In this document: positions 24,529 to 34,206 of the stretch, in pieces
Layout of the letters: each line of letters begins with the position of its first letter
Position numbering within the stretch: the stretch's first letter is position 1
IMG/VR virus record: IMGVR_UViG_3300013233_000409
Span: 1 to 42,170 of that record
Reading direction: 5' to 3' (one strand)
DNA: 42,170 bases
From: a virus
The notes under the pieces: generated by a model
Told to the model about the DNA's origin: nothing
Database searches by the model: none
What the model saw: the letters and a program-made list of their open reading frames with translations, nothing else
Translations under genes and position numbers: made by a program

Positions 24529-26025
24529 ATGACTAAAAAAGAACTAATAGATAAACTATCAAAAGAAATAACTAAAACATCTTCTTTCTATGTGTATAAG
24601 GGTACTAAGAAAGCTATAAAACAAGATTTTAACATATTTAAAGTGTTTAATATAACATTTGAAGGTATAGGAAAGTTATCTAAGGGAGCCCTTCTAGACT
24701 TATCGGATGAGATCCTGGAGAAGGTTAATAGTACCGATGGCGTGGAGGTAACTAGTTACACCGAGCAATTGAACGCTGGGAGTAAGGAAAATACTATAAT
24801 TTATCAACTACACTCAGATATAAACGTTAAACTTATGTTTGATTTAGTTAATAGGGAGATAATGGATACCGACCCTAGAGTTATACTATATAAAAAGCCA
24901 GTGAAAGAGAGAGAGTTTATTTTAAAAAACATGCTCCTGGCAGACACTACTTTTAACCCTTATGATCCTTCTCCAGTTATAAAAGTTATGAGTGAGGCAC
25001 TTACCGTACCTATTTATAACCTAAACACCTACAGACCTCCTAAATGGCAACTAGCGTACCCAAAAGGAATAGAGGGAGGAATACCTAAACTACTAACTAG
25101 ATTAATAGAGTTTTTAATACCTATACCACAAGAAAGAGAATATTTGTATAGCTGGATAGGTCATTCAATAGTAAATAGGCATCAATCTTATTTACACCTA
25201 AGAGGAGCTAGAGGAGATGGGAAGACAATACTAGCTAAAGTAATAGGAGCTATAACTGGATACGCCTACCTAGCTAGAGATGGGGTATGTTCTGATGGAT
25301 TTAATGCTGATATTAGAGGAAAGAGATTAGTTATTATAGATGATGACTCCTTTATAGGAACTAGAGAGGGTAATATATTCAGGAAGAGCTTAAATAATAA
25401 TATTGTAACCTTAAATGAAAAGCACTTTCAGACTAAAAACTCAGAGAAACAATATGCATCTTATATTATATGCTCAAACCCATCAGATCCTTTTTACTCG
25501 ACTCATGATGAGAGAAAAATGGTAGTTCTAACGCTTAATGAAGAAAATGCAAATACTGCTTTTAGTACAAAAGAACTAAATTTCTTAGATAGTTTGATGA
25601 AAGTAGATGAGTCAGAACATTCAGAAAAGGAAATAGAGTTCTTAGCTAGATCTGGCCATTTCTTTTTAGAGTACCATAAACAAGATGATCTACCAGCTAC
25701 ATTTAATTACCTAGGAGGAGAGTTCTGGGATGACGTACTTAAGTCATTAGGAGCTTTCAAAAAGCTAACAGTTGAAACGCTTATAAGCGGAGATAAAAAT
25801 GAATATACTTATGACTCAATAAGCTATGAGTTTGATAATATTAAGGACTCTAGGCAAAAGACTGTTAAATTTACTAATCTAGTTAAATTCTTATCTAATG
25901 ATTTTACTTATAAGGGAGATAAATTATTAGAATCCTTCAGTAAGGAAGAAAAAAAATTATTTCCAATAGACAAATATAAGTCAGTTAACTTAGCATTTAG
26001 TGAGGAAGAGGAGTTTAATTTATGA
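24529..26025 (+). CDS. SF3/D5-VirE-type replicative helicase (P-loop NTPase); a primase function is not evident
   Basis: 498 aa. Walker A is LRGARGDGKT and Walker B is RLVIIDDDS. The acidic C-terminus ends SEEEEFNL. Confidence 0.7.
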   Translation: MTKKELIDKLSKEITKTSSFYVYKGTKKAIKQDFNIFKVFNITFEGIGKLSKGALLDLSDEILEKVNSTDGVEVTSYTEQLNAGSKENTIIYQLHSDINVKLMFDLVNREIMDTDPRVILYKKPVKEREFILKNMLLADTTFNPYDPSPVIKVMSEALTVPIYNLNTYRPPKWQLAYPKGIEGGIPKLLTRLIEFLIPIPQEREYLYSWIGHSIVNRHQSYLHLRGARGDGKTILAKVIGAITGYAYLARDGVCSDGFNADIRGKRLVIIDDDSFIGTREGNIFRKSLNNNIVTLNEKHFQTKNSEKQYASYIICSNPSDPFYSTHDERKMVVLTLNEENANTAFSTKELNFLDSLMKVDESEHSEKEIEFLARSGHFFLEYHKQDDLPATFNYLGGEFWDDVLKSLGAFKKLTVETLISGDKNEYTYDSISYEFDNIKDSRQKTVKFTNLVKFLSNDFTYKGDKLLESFSKEEKKLFPIDKYKSVNLAFSEEEEFNL

Positions 26026-26216
26026 AAAGTATATACAGATCAAACTTAGCTGATGTTATTATAGAAGAAGATAATGACTATAAGGTTAAAGGAAATATCA
26101 ATAGAGTTTTAGAAGGGCTTACTATGGAGGAACTACTCCAGGAAGTGGATAAAGAGATACATGCTCTAAAGGGATTTAAAGCTGCTTTATTGAAGAAAGT
26201 AACAAGGGACTTGTAG
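26022..26216 (+). CDS. Hypothetical small protein
   Basis: 64 aa with an ATGA overlap. Confidence 0.65.
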   Translation: MKSIYRSNLADVIIEEDNDYKVKGNINRVLEGLTMEELLQEVDKEIHALKGFKAALLKKVTRDL

Positions 26217-26480
26217 ATGATTGATATTTATAAATTTTTATTTAAACTAGGAGCTATCAAGGAGGCTACTTTGAACAAAAAACTATATTTAAAAAGGATT
26301 AATACAGCCTTAGCTAGGATAGCAGATCTTGAAGAGAAGATTAGACTAGTTAAATTAAATAAACGCCCTAGAGCATTAAAGGTAAGTAATATTGATGATG
26401 AGATTAAATTTATAAGAGGTTTAGTTGAAGCAAATAGGGCTATGGTAAAGATCTTGATGTATAAAACGGAAGGTTTATGA
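26217..26480 (+). CDS. Hypothetical small helical protein
   Basis: 87 aa whose start abuts the previous stop. Confidence 0.65.
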   Translation: MIDIYKFLFKLGAIKEATLNKKLYLKRINTALARIADLEEKIRLVKLNKRPRALKVSNIDDEIKFIRGLVEANRAMVKILMYKTEGL

Positions 26481-26563
26481 GAGAAGTAGTATTCCAGGTA
26501 CTTGTATCACTAATAGCATTACTAATATTAATAACATTTAAAGAACTACGAGGAAAGAAATGA
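26477..26563 (+). CDS. 28-aa hydrophobic peptide (MREVVFQVLVSLIALLILITFKELRGKK)
   Basis: Below the track cutoff. ATGA overlaps at both its start (26477-26480) and its stop (26560-26563) bridge the only gap in this operon. Confidence 0.45.
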   Translation: MREVVFQVLVSLIALLILITFKELRGKK

Positions 26564-26787
26564 CTAGTGCAGTATATAATAGATTAAGCAGATTAAGAAG
26601 AAAAGGTGAAAAAATAACTCTACACAGAATTGTAACAGAGTTTGAAGATGTTTATGGTGAAGAGATAAAGCTTAGAGATAATAAAATAAAAATGATTTTA
26701 AAGGATAAAAATCTAGAAATAGAGAAACTTAATAATAAGATAGATTTTATAAATAAAACAGGTAGGCTAATCCTACCATGGAGCTAA
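26560..26787 (+). CDS. Hypothetical small protein
   Basis: 75-aa ORF with an AGGAAAG SD-like purine run. Confidence 0.65.
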   Translation: MTSAVYNRLSRLRRKGEKITLHRIVTEFEDVYGEEIKLRDNKIKMILKDKNLEIEKLNNKIDFINKTGRLILPWS

Positions 26788-26788
26788 A

Positions 26789-27409
26789 ATGTTTGGTTGT
26801 GTAAAGAAGTTATTTAGAAAGAAAAGAAAGTATCCAGTAGAAAAAGCTCTAAGTTATTCTACAAGTTATCAGATAATGTATAATAATTTCACTTATAACT
26901 CTAAATCAATAGAGGACTATAGTGAAAAACTAGCAAATAAGATATCTAAGGAAGATAGGTACGCTTTAGTAGAGAAAGCCACTGGTATGCCAAGAGAGTT
27001 AGTAGGTTGTATCCATCATCTAGAAGGTGAAGGAGATTTTACTAGAGTGCTTCACAATGGTGAAAGTTTAGTTAATGTTAATAAACATGGAACTAGACTA
27101 GAGCCTAAGCACAGAGGTAAAGGATTAAATTGGAGTTGGGAACAAGCTGCAATAGACGCTATTAATCTAGAGAAAAGAAAGTTCCCTTTGCTATGGTCAG
27201 CAGGAAGCTCATTAGACTTTTTAGAGAAATATAATGGTACAGGATATAGAAAAAGAGGAATAAACTCTCCATACTTATGGTCGTACACCAATTATTATAC
27301 AAAAGGTAAATACGTTTCAGACGGTAAATTCTCAGCTACAGCAGTCTCTAAACAACTAGGTGCAGCCTGTATTTTAAGGAAACTGAACTATTTAATAATC
27401 GTTGACTAA
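26789..27409 (+). CDS. Lysozyme-family (COG5526-like) protein, a candidate endolysin or murein-binding protein
   Basis: 206 aa. The motif EKYNGTGYRKRGINSPYLWSYTNYYTKGKYVSDGKF...AVSKQLGA matches a family I recall as annotated 'lysozyme family protein'. Confidence 0.5.
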   Translation: MFGCVKKLFRKKRKYPVEKALSYSTSYQIMYNNFTYNSKSIEDYSEKLANKISKEDRYALVEKATGMPRELVGCIHHLEGEGDFTRVLHNGESLVNVNKHGTRLEPKHRGKGLNWSWEQAAIDAINLEKRKFPLLWSAGSSLDFLEKYNGTGYRKRGINSPYLWSYTNYYTKGKYVSDGKFSATAVSKQLGAACILRKLNYLIIVD

Positions 27410-27446
27410 TAAGATACAAACTAATAGAATACTAATAGAGGCTAAC

Positions 27447-29423
27447 ATGAAATTTTTATATTTTGATACTGAATACAATAACACTACTGAAAAACATTTA
27501 AATGTAATATGCTTTTCATTTTTAGTTGATAATAAAGTTACAAATTTTTGGTTAAATGGAGTTGACGACTATCAAGAAATTCATACATTCATAAATCATT
27601 ACAAGGATAGGATCTTTGTATCTTTTAATGTTGAAGCAGAAGCCCAGGCATTAATCTCTATAGGAGTAGACCCTCTATCGTTTAAGTGGGTAGACCTATA
27701 TCTAGAGTACCGTCAGCTCCTTAACCATAATCATAAATTACAGTATGGAAAACAACTTTTAAAGGGAAGGAAAGTAACAACAAAAGCCCCTGATGGCAAG
27801 TGGAATAATAGAGAAACTTCTACTAATGATGAGAATAGATCTAAGCCTTCATACTCCCTAGCTTCAGCTTGTTACAAGCTTCTAGGGATACTTATTGATT
27901 GTGAAAGAAAAGATCTAATGAGAGATATTATAATATTTGATAGGGATATAGAAGGTAATAAAAAGGAAATTCTTGAGTATTGTGATAGTGATGTAGAGCA
28001 TCTACCTAACTTATTTAAGAGAATAAAGGAAGAGTACGAAGCCCTACCATACAAGCCTAATTTGGAAATATTAATCAAGAGGGCAGAATATTCCGCTAGG
28101 ACTGCTAAGATGGTAAGCTTGGGATATCCTGTAAATACAAAAGCTGTAACCAATTTCTCTGAGTCAGTAGCCGATATCTTGTGGAAAGTACAGAATGAGA
28201 TAAATACCTTATTCCCTGATATAAAACCATTTACAAAAAAGAAAGATAGGACTTACTCCTGGAACCAAAACGCTACTAGGTTATGGATATCTTCTCAAGG
28301 TCATACAAGTTGGTTATTGACGGATACAGGTAAATTATCCTTATCTCTAGAAGCCTTTCAAAAGAAATATCCTACAAGACACTCATACTCTAAGACTTGT
28401 CTAGGAGAGCAATTTGTTAGATATTTAAAACTAAAACAACAATTAAATGGATTTTCTCCGTCGTCTAAAAACAAGTTTACCGATTATTTAGGCACTGATG
28501 GGAGAGTTAGGCCGTATTTTAATATATTTGGTAGTCAGTCAGGGAGATCCCAGCCTAAAGCTACTGGATTTTTATTCTTAAAGTCAGCTTGGATGAGGGC
28601 GTTATGTCAGCCAGTTAAAGGGAGAGTAATAGGATCTATAGATTATAAATCCCAGGAGTTTATTTTAGCCGCTATGATGTCGGGAGACAGGGTAATGGTA
28701 GATGCATATTTATCAGGAGATCCATATCTATTCTTCGCTAAGCAAGCTAGGGCAGTTCCTCCTTCAGGCACTAAAAAAGAATATAAGAAGGAGAGGGATT
28801 TATTTAAAAGTACAACTTTAGGTTTGTCTTACGATATGTCTAAGTATGGACTAGCTGCCAAACTAACTAAGGATTTAGGTCATAGAGTTAGCGAGGAGGA
28901 CGCCCAGAAGATGATAGATAGGTTTTATAGATTATATAAAAGGTATAAATTTTGGAAGAAAACTATACTAAATGAATATAATGAGAAAGGCTATCTTGTT
29001 CTTAAGGATGGGTGGTGTATGTATGGAGATAATAAAAACTTAAGGTCAGTAGGAAACTTTCCAGTACAGGGCATGGGTGCTGTTGTTATGAGAAAAGCCG
29101 TAGCACTAAGTCAAGATAGAGGGCTAGATATAATACTAACATTACATGACGCCTTATATTGTGAGTTTGATTTAGGCGACTATAAGGAAGGGATGATAAC
29201 TCTAGGCAAATGTATGCAAGAGGCATTTAAATTTTACAGTGAAGATCAAAGTATAAATATAGGTCTAGATGCTAACGTTTGGGGCCCAGATCTACAAAAC
29301 GGATACTACGATTGTGATTACTTAGGTCAAGTTAAACAACAAGATATTTACGTAGACGATAGATCTATTGAAGAGTACCAAACTTTTAAAGAGTATTTTA
29401 CTGACAGGGAGTTTGATTTATGA
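27447..29423 (+). CDS. Family A DNA polymerase with a 3'-5' exonuclease domain
   Basis: Exo I is LYFDTEY. Motif A is GSIDYKSQEFILAA, motif B is RDLFKSTTLGLSYDMS, and motif C is ILTLHDALYCEF. The track start at 27402 is a TTG; the ATG at 27447 follows an AGAGG SD. Confidence 0.9.
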   Translation: MKFLYFDTEYNNTTEKHLNVICFSFLVDNKVTNFWLNGVDDYQEIHTFINHYKDRIFVSFNVEAEAQALISIGVDPLSFKWVDLYLEYRQLLNHNHKLQYGKQLLKGRKVTTKAPDGKWNNRETSTNDENRSKPSYSLASACYKLLGILIDCERKDLMRDIIIFDRDIEGNKKEILEYCDSDVEHLPNLFKRIKEEYEALPYKPNLEILIKRAEYSARTAKMVSLGYPVNTKAVTNFSESVADILWKVQNEINTLFPDIKPFTKKKDRTYSWNQNATRLWISSQGHTSWLLTDTGKLSLSLEAFQKKYPTRHSYSKTCLGEQFVRYLKLKQQLNGFSPSSKNKFTDYLGTDGRVRPYFNIFGSQSGRSQPKATGFLFLKSAWMRALCQPVKGRVIGSIDYKSQEFILAAMMSGDRVMVDAYLSGDPYLFFAKQARAVPPSGTKKEYKKERDLFKSTTLGLSYDMSKYGLAAKLTKDLGHRVSEEDAQKMIDRFYRLYKRYKFWKKTILNEYNEKGYLVLKDGWCMYGDNKNLRSVGNFPVQGMGAVVMRKAVALSQDRGLDIILTLHDALYCEFDLGDYKEGMITLGKCMQEAFKFYSEDQSINIGLDANVWGPDLQNGYYDCDYLGQVKQQDIYVDDRSIEEYQTFKEYFTDREFDL

Positions 29424-30721
29424 AAACGCTAGAAGAAGTTCTAACTGTAACACCTTATGAGTATCAAAATAAGGGAATATATCAATGTATAAAGCACAAT
29501 TATATGATAATTGGAGATGAGATGGGCTTAGGTAAGTCATTACAAGCCTTAGCAATATCCGCTTTATATGAGGAAAAGACATTAGTAGTATGCCCAGCTT
29601 ATCTAAGATTAAATTGGGCCAATGAATTTAATAAGTTTTGTAAGATAAAGAAGGATATAAAAATAATGAAAACCGCTAGGGACTTCAAAGACCTTGACCA
29701 TGATGTTTTTATTATGAGTTACTCTATGCTTAAACATGCTAGAGAAATGTTCTTTGAGTGCCCAATAGTAATAGCCGATGAAGCACACTACCTCAAATCA
29801 GTTAAAGCAAAGAGAACTAAAATGTTTACCTCCTACACCATGGACTTCAAACCAGATAGGATGATACTATTAACAGGGACTCCAATAGATAAAAATGTGT
29901 ATGAGTTCTACTCACTGTTAAGTTTATGCTCTTATAATCCGATGGAAAATAGTGGGGTAGATGTAAACTCGATATTTAGCAATACAGAAAAGTTTAATGA
30001 CTACTTCTCCTACAGAGTAGAAAGAGACATTAAATCTAAATATGGAAGAAGAGTGAAGCTTGTATCCTGGAGAGGAGTTAGAAGATTGGAGGAGCTTAAA
30101 AACCTACTTAAAGGTAAATTTATACGTAGAAAAGCTTGCAATGTGCTAGAACTACCTCCGCTTATCCACAAAGAAATACTTATGGGAACATCTATGGAGA
30201 CCGATGATACTCTATTAAGGGAATTTAATGACAATGTGGATAAGTTATCAAGTAAAACTAAGTCAGACTCAGCATATATAAAAGCACCAATGACAGCTAA
30301 GTATGTATCTGAACTGTTAGAGGAGGGGCTAGATAGTGTGATAGTATTCACAGACCATTTAAATCCTATACCAATTATCTATAATACACTTAATAAGAAA
30401 TATAAATGCAAAGTTATAACAGGGTCAATAAGCCCAGACATTAGAGATGAGATAGTAACATCATTACAAAATGGAGATATTCAAGTATTGATAGCTACTT
30501 TAGGAGCCGCATCAGTAGGATTTAATATGACTAAATCTAGTAATATAGTCATAAATGATTTGTCCTGGAGACCAGCGGTAAATAATCAAGCAATCAAAAG
30601 AATACACAGAATAGGTCAAAAAAATAAATGTATTATTCACTATATTTTAGGATCTACTGTTGACAAGAGGATAACAAACTTGCTACAAGAAAAAGCAAGA
30701 AACATTAACCATATTCTATAA
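29420..30721 (+). CDS. SNF2-family helicase/translocase
   Basis: The motifs are GDEMGLGKSLQ (I), IADEAHYLKS (II), LLTGTP (III) and QAIKRIHRIGQ (VI). Confidence 0.85.
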   Translation: MKTLEEVLTVTPYEYQNKGIYQCIKHNYMIIGDEMGLGKSLQALAISALYEEKTLVVCPAYLRLNWANEFNKFCKIKKDIKIMKTARDFKDLDHDVFIMSYSMLKHAREMFFECPIVIADEAHYLKSVKAKRTKMFTSYTMDFKPDRMILLTGTPIDKNVYEFYSLLSLCSYNPMENSGVDVNSIFSNTEKFNDYFSYRVERDIKSKYGRRVKLVSWRGVRRLEELKNLLKGKFIRRKACNVLELPPLIHKEILMGTSMETDDTLLREFNDNVDKLSSKTKSDSAYIKAPMTAKYVSELLEEGLDSVIVFTDHLNPIPIIYNTLNKKYKCKVITGSISPDIRDEIVTSLQNGDIQVLIATLGAASVGFNMTKSSNIVINDLSWRPAVNNQAIKRIHRIGQKNKCIIHYILGSTVDKRITNLLQEKARNINHIL

Positions 30722-30733
30722 GGAGAAACTATT

Positions 30734-31219
30734 ATGGGCAACATTTTTGAGATTAGAGTAAAGAAAACCAAAAACCTAGGAAATTACGAAAGTAAAACCG
30801 TAGAAGCTGCTATGCAGTTAGAGGACAATGAAGACGTAGATTTAGCTATGATGGAGTTATCAGCTTACGTTAGAAGTGCTTTAAATGGTGTAAAGCCTGA
30901 GCATATTAAAGAAGTTACTGATGGCGGAAAGGTGCTGACTCTGAATAATAAGATTAAAAACGCATATACTGGAGATGAAGTTAAGAAAAAAGAACCAGTT
31001 AAGAAGAAATCAGCTTCTAAAAAGAAGAAAGCAGTTAAGGAAGAAGCTAAGAATTATACTGACTCCGAGGTTAGAGAAGGCTTACAAAAAGTATGGAAAA
31101 CTAAAGGAAGCTCAATAGCTAAGGATATACTTAGATCTTTTAAAGCTGAGAAAATCTCTGATTTAGATAAAAGCCAATATACCAAAGTTATGGTAGAGGT
31201 GGAAAAATGTCTGAAATAG
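30734..31219 (+). CDS. Hypothetical protein with a Lys-rich linker
   Basis: 161 aa with a GGAGAAAC SD. It sits upstream of the DUF2800-type nuclease, as in related replication modules. Confidence 0.7.
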   Translation: MGNIFEIRVKKTKNLGNYESKTVEAAMQLEDNEDVDLAMMELSAYVRSALNGVKPEHIKEVTDGGKVLTLNNKIKNAYTGDEVKKKEPVKKKSASKKKKAVKEEAKNYTDSEVREGLQKVWKTKGSSIAKDILRSFKAEKISDLDKSQYTKVMVEVEKCLK

Positions 31220-32358
31220 ATCATGGTGAAAGAGGGCACTCCCCAATAGGAGCAAGTTCAGCTTATCGGTGGATGAGCTGCCCTGCTTCAGTTAGGCTTT
31301 CAAAAGGCTTGGAAAGTAAATCTTCTAGTTACGCTGAAGATGGGACTATATCTCATGAATTATGTGAGTATTGTATTGAAGAAGGTCTAGATCCTATTAA
31401 ACTAATAGGCGATGAGTTCAAAGGAATAATCATAGATAGAGAAAGAGCTGAAGCAGTTAAGGTTTACGTAGATTATATAAGGAAAGAATCGGAAGGAAAA
31501 GAGCTAGAGATAGAGAGTCAAATCTGTATAAGTAGAATAGACTCTATGCTATATGGCTCAGTAGATGCTGTAATAATAGATCCTTTTGTATCTATCGAGG
31601 TAATAGACTTTAAGTACGGAGCAGGTTTAAAAGTAAGCCCAGATAATAATAAGCAGTTGATGTTTTACGCCTTAGGATGTTGGGATGGAGAGTGTGAAGA
31701 AGTAAAGTTAACAATAGTGCAGCCGAGAAGAGTTGACGAGGATGGGTCATCTATAAGAACTTGGAAGACTACTGGAGATAGGTTAAGAAAGTTTGAGGAA
31801 GAGTTGAAAGCAGCAGTAGCAGCAACAAGGAATCCAAAAGCTAAAACTTGTGCTGGAGAACATTGTAGATTTTGCTTAGCAGCTCCACATTGTCCAGGGC
31901 TTAGAGACCAAGCTCTAGAAGTAGCTCAAACTGTATTTGATGATGTGACTGAAGTTGAGCTACCAAGCCCAGAAAAACTATCAAATAAACAGTTGACTAA
32001 AGCACTACAAGGAGCTAAATTATTATCAACTTGGATTAAGTCTGTTGAAGCTTATGCAGAACAACAACTTAATAAAGGTGTAGAAGTTGAAGGCTATAAG
32101 CTTGTGAAGAAAAGGGCTATTCGCAAGTGGAAAGATGAAATAAATGGGCAGTTGGGTGATTTAGAAGAAATGTTCGGAGAAGATATCTACGAGCCTAAGA
32201 AACTAAAATCCCCAGCAAAATTAGAAAAGCTTATAGGAAAGCAGAACGTATCTGAATATACCTATAAGCCAGAAACAGGGACTACCGTTGTTCCAGCTAG
32301 TGATAAAAGACCAGCTGTAACAGCAGAAGTTATATCAGTTTTTACCAACATTGACTAA
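31207..32358 (+). CDS. DUF2800/Cas4-like PD-(D/E)XK nuclease with an Fe-S cysteine cluster
   Basis: The N-terminus is SPIGASSAYRWMSCPASV..YAEDGTISHEL. The nuclease core is VDAVIID...IEVIDFKYG. The Cys cluster is C(25)...CAGEHCRFCLAAPHC. Confidence 0.85.
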   Translation: MSEIDHGERGHSPIGASSAYRWMSCPASVRLSKGLESKSSSYAEDGTISHELCEYCIEEGLDPIKLIGDEFKGIIIDRERAEAVKVYVDYIRKESEGKELEIESQICISRIDSMLYGSVDAVIIDPFVSIEVIDFKYGAGLKVSPDNNKQLMFYALGCWDGECEEVKLTIVQPRRVDEDGSSIRTWKTTGDRLRKFEEELKAAVAATRNPKAKTCAGEHCRFCLAAPHCPGLRDQALEVAQTVFDDVTEVELPSPEKLSNKQLTKALQGAKLLSTWIKSVEAYAEQQLNKGVEVEGYKLVKKRAIRKWKDEINGQLGDLEEMFGEDIYEPKKLKSPAKLEKLIGKQNVSEYTYKPETGTTVVPASDKRPAVTAEVISVFTNID

Positions 32359-32372
32359 CAAGGAGAACTATT

Positions 32373-32912
32373 ATGTCAAACAAAAACGAAAATGCAGTAG
32401 TAACACCAGAATTCACAGTATGTTTCCCAGCAGTATTTAGACCAAAAGAGTTTAATGGGAAAGAGAAGTACCAAATTACAATGGTATTCGACAAGAGTTC
32501 AGATTTAAAGAACTTGAAGAAATTAGTTAAAAAAGTAGCTGAAGATAGTTTCGGCGGCATGGAAGGAGTAGTTTCTCCTTTCAAAGATGGGAACGATAAG
32601 GATATTGAAGCTTACCCTGTATTTAAGGATAAGATTTATATTCAAGCTTCAACTCAATTTAGTGTAGGACTAGTAGACCAAAAGAGACAGCCTATATTAA
32701 ATGAGGAAGACTTCTATGCAGGTTGTACTGCTAGAGCTCAAGTATCAGCGTTTTCATGGACATACCTTAAAAAGAAAGGAATATCTTTGAACCTATTAAA
32801 CGTTCAAAAAATGTCAGATGGAGAAAAATTAGGTGGAAGTAAGCCTATAACATCTATTTTTGATGAAGTAGAGGTAGAAGAGTCAAAAGACGATTTTGAC
32901 TTTGACTTATAG
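32373..32912 (+). CDS. DUF2815-type single-stranded DNA-binding protein
   Basis: 179 aa. The N-terminus VVTPEFTVCFPAVFRPKEF.GKEKYQITMVFDK fits the DUF2815 pattern. The acidic C-terminal tail ends DDFDFDL. Confidence 0.75.
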   Translation: MSNKNENAVVTPEFTVCFPAVFRPKEFNGKEKYQITMVFDKSSDLKNLKKLVKKVAEDSFGGMEGVVSPFKDGNDKDIEAYPVFKDKIYIQASTQFSVGLVDQKRQPILNEEDFYAGCTARAQVSAFSWTYLKKKGISLNLLNVQKMSDGEKLGGSKPITSIFDEVEVEESKDDFDFDL

Positions 32913-32930
32913 TTAATATAGGGAGTAGAA

Positions 32931-33119
32931 ATGGACTTAGAGAAGTATATAAAAAGCAGAAAGATCTCCTATAGAAAATTCGCTAAATTAGTGGGTATTA
33001 ATCACGCTGCGATATTTAGGTACGCTAAGAAAACTTCTACTCCTTCTTTAAAAATAGCAATAAAGATTAATGAAGTTACAAAGGGAGTAGTTCCTATGGC
33101 GAGTTTAATATGCGATTAG
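32931..33119 (+). CDS. Cro/XRE-type HTH DNA-binding protein
   Basis: 62 aa. The HTH is ISYRKFAKLVGINHAAIFRYAKK. Confidence 0.75.
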   Translation: MDLEKYIKSRKISYRKFAKLVGINHAAIFRYAKKTSTPSLKIAIKINEVTKGVVPMASLICD

Positions 33120-33499
33120 AAATAGCCCCTATAACTAAATATGAAGTTCAGGCAATAGATTTTTGTTTAAAGAAAGTAGTTAATCTAGATGTTCCTGCCA
33201 CACCTGAAGAGGTTGGCTATCTTATGGAGCTTATGCTAAAAGTAGCTTCTCAATACGATACTACTAATTGGGTAAAGCCAGGAGTAGCTATGTTAGATTT
33301 AGATCTAAATGAAGCTGATGCCTGTTGGAAATGCTTAACCTTTTGTTTAAAGAATAAACTAGTAAGGAATGAAGAGAAGAAGATCCTAGTAGCTAGGGCC
33401 TCCTTCCTTCTTGCTCAATTTATAGACGCTGCTATTGAAGAAGCTAATGCTATTGACGACGAGGAAAAGTCGAATCCAAAGCTAGAAGAGAAAACCTAG
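33110..33499 (+). CDS. Hypothetical protein, the last gene of the plus arm
   Basis: 129-aa ORF. Its 3' end overlaps the convergent gene 33450..34193 by 50 nt. Confidence 0.65.
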   Translation: MRLEIAPITKYEVQAIDFCLKKVVNLDVPATPEEVGYLMELMLKVASQYDTTNWVKPGVAMLDLDLNEADACWKCLTFCLKNKLVRNEEKKILVARASFLLAQFIDAAIEEANAIDDEEKSNPKLEEKT

Positions 33500-34193
33500 C
33501 AAAGTCAAACATACCCTCCCTAACATTAGTAAGTAACACAGTTCCTCTCCAATGATGGTTGTTATGGTTTTTATACTTTTCATCATGGAAATAACAAGAT
33601 CCAGCTATTAAGCACTGGACTATTTTTCCTTCTTGAGCAGTTTGTTCATGGTAATCAAACCCTTGTTTATGTCCTGCAACACAGCTACAAAGTTTTTTAG
33701 CTATAAGAGCCTTAGCTGTTCCAATGGCATAAGCATTGTTAAGGTTTGAGAAGTAGTGTGTGAAGTGAATACCTTCAATAACTTTAATTTTAAGAAAAGG
33801 AATAACTTCATCCCATCCGTTTACATCCATAGGAAATTCTTCTATTAGTTCTATTAATTCATCAGGGCCGTATTCTAGGGCTCGATTTCTACGCTCTTCA
33901 TGATTTCCCTGGAATAGGAAAAATTTGCACTCGTCTTTACACTCCGGCCAGTTGAGTAGCAAGATCTCCCAAAACTCCTCCATCGTCTTATTCCCAGATC
34001 TAATATCCTTTAAATAAGAGTGTACTCTATGGGACTTTTTACCCTTATCATATCTACTCAAAGAGGGAAAATCCCAATGGTCTCCGAGATGAACAACATA
34101 CTTAGGTTTTAATTCACAAATGTGATAGGCGATAGGAATTAAAGGATTTTTAACTCCTGATTTAGACTGAGTGTCTGGAATAATGTAGATCAA
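33450..34193 (-). CDS. Calcineurin-like metallophosphoesterase
   Basis: The motifs are IIPDTQ, HLGDHWDF, FQGNHE and AGHKQG, in canonical order. Confidence 0.8.
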   Translation of the reverse strand: MIYIIPDTQSKSGVKNPLIPIAYHICELKPKYVVHLGDHWDFPSLSRYDKGKKSHRVHSYLKDIRSGNKTMEEFWEILLLNWPECKDECKFFLFQGNHEERRNRALEYGPDELIELIEEFPMDVNGWDEVIPFLKIKVIEGIHFTHYFSNLNNAYAIGTAKALIAKKLCSCVAGHKQGFDYHEQTAQEGKIVQCLIAGSCYFHDEKYKNHNNHHWRGTVLLTNVREGMFDFARFSLLALDSTFPRRQ

Positions 34194-34206
34194 AGAAAGC
34201 TCCTGG

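Noticed and set aside
27402-27446. TTG start at 27402 for the DNA polymerase, as given in the track
   Set aside because: The ATG at 27447 is preceded by an AGAGG SD at proper spacing and begins right at the Exo I motif context (MKFLYFDTEY). The TTG overlaps the upstream gene's end and has no SD.
32931-33119. A lysogeny module (repressor/integrase) implied by the Cro-like HTH gene
   Set aside because: There is no integrase, excisionase, partition system or CI-sized repressor in the genome. A single 62-aa HTH protein is compatible with a lytic-cycle regulator.
20591-33499. A T7-like single-subunit RNA polymerase expected from the T7-type tail genes
   Set aside because: No ORF of suitable size (over 700 aa) exists on the early arm. 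The largest early proteins are clearly the family-A DNA polymerase, the helicase and SNF2.
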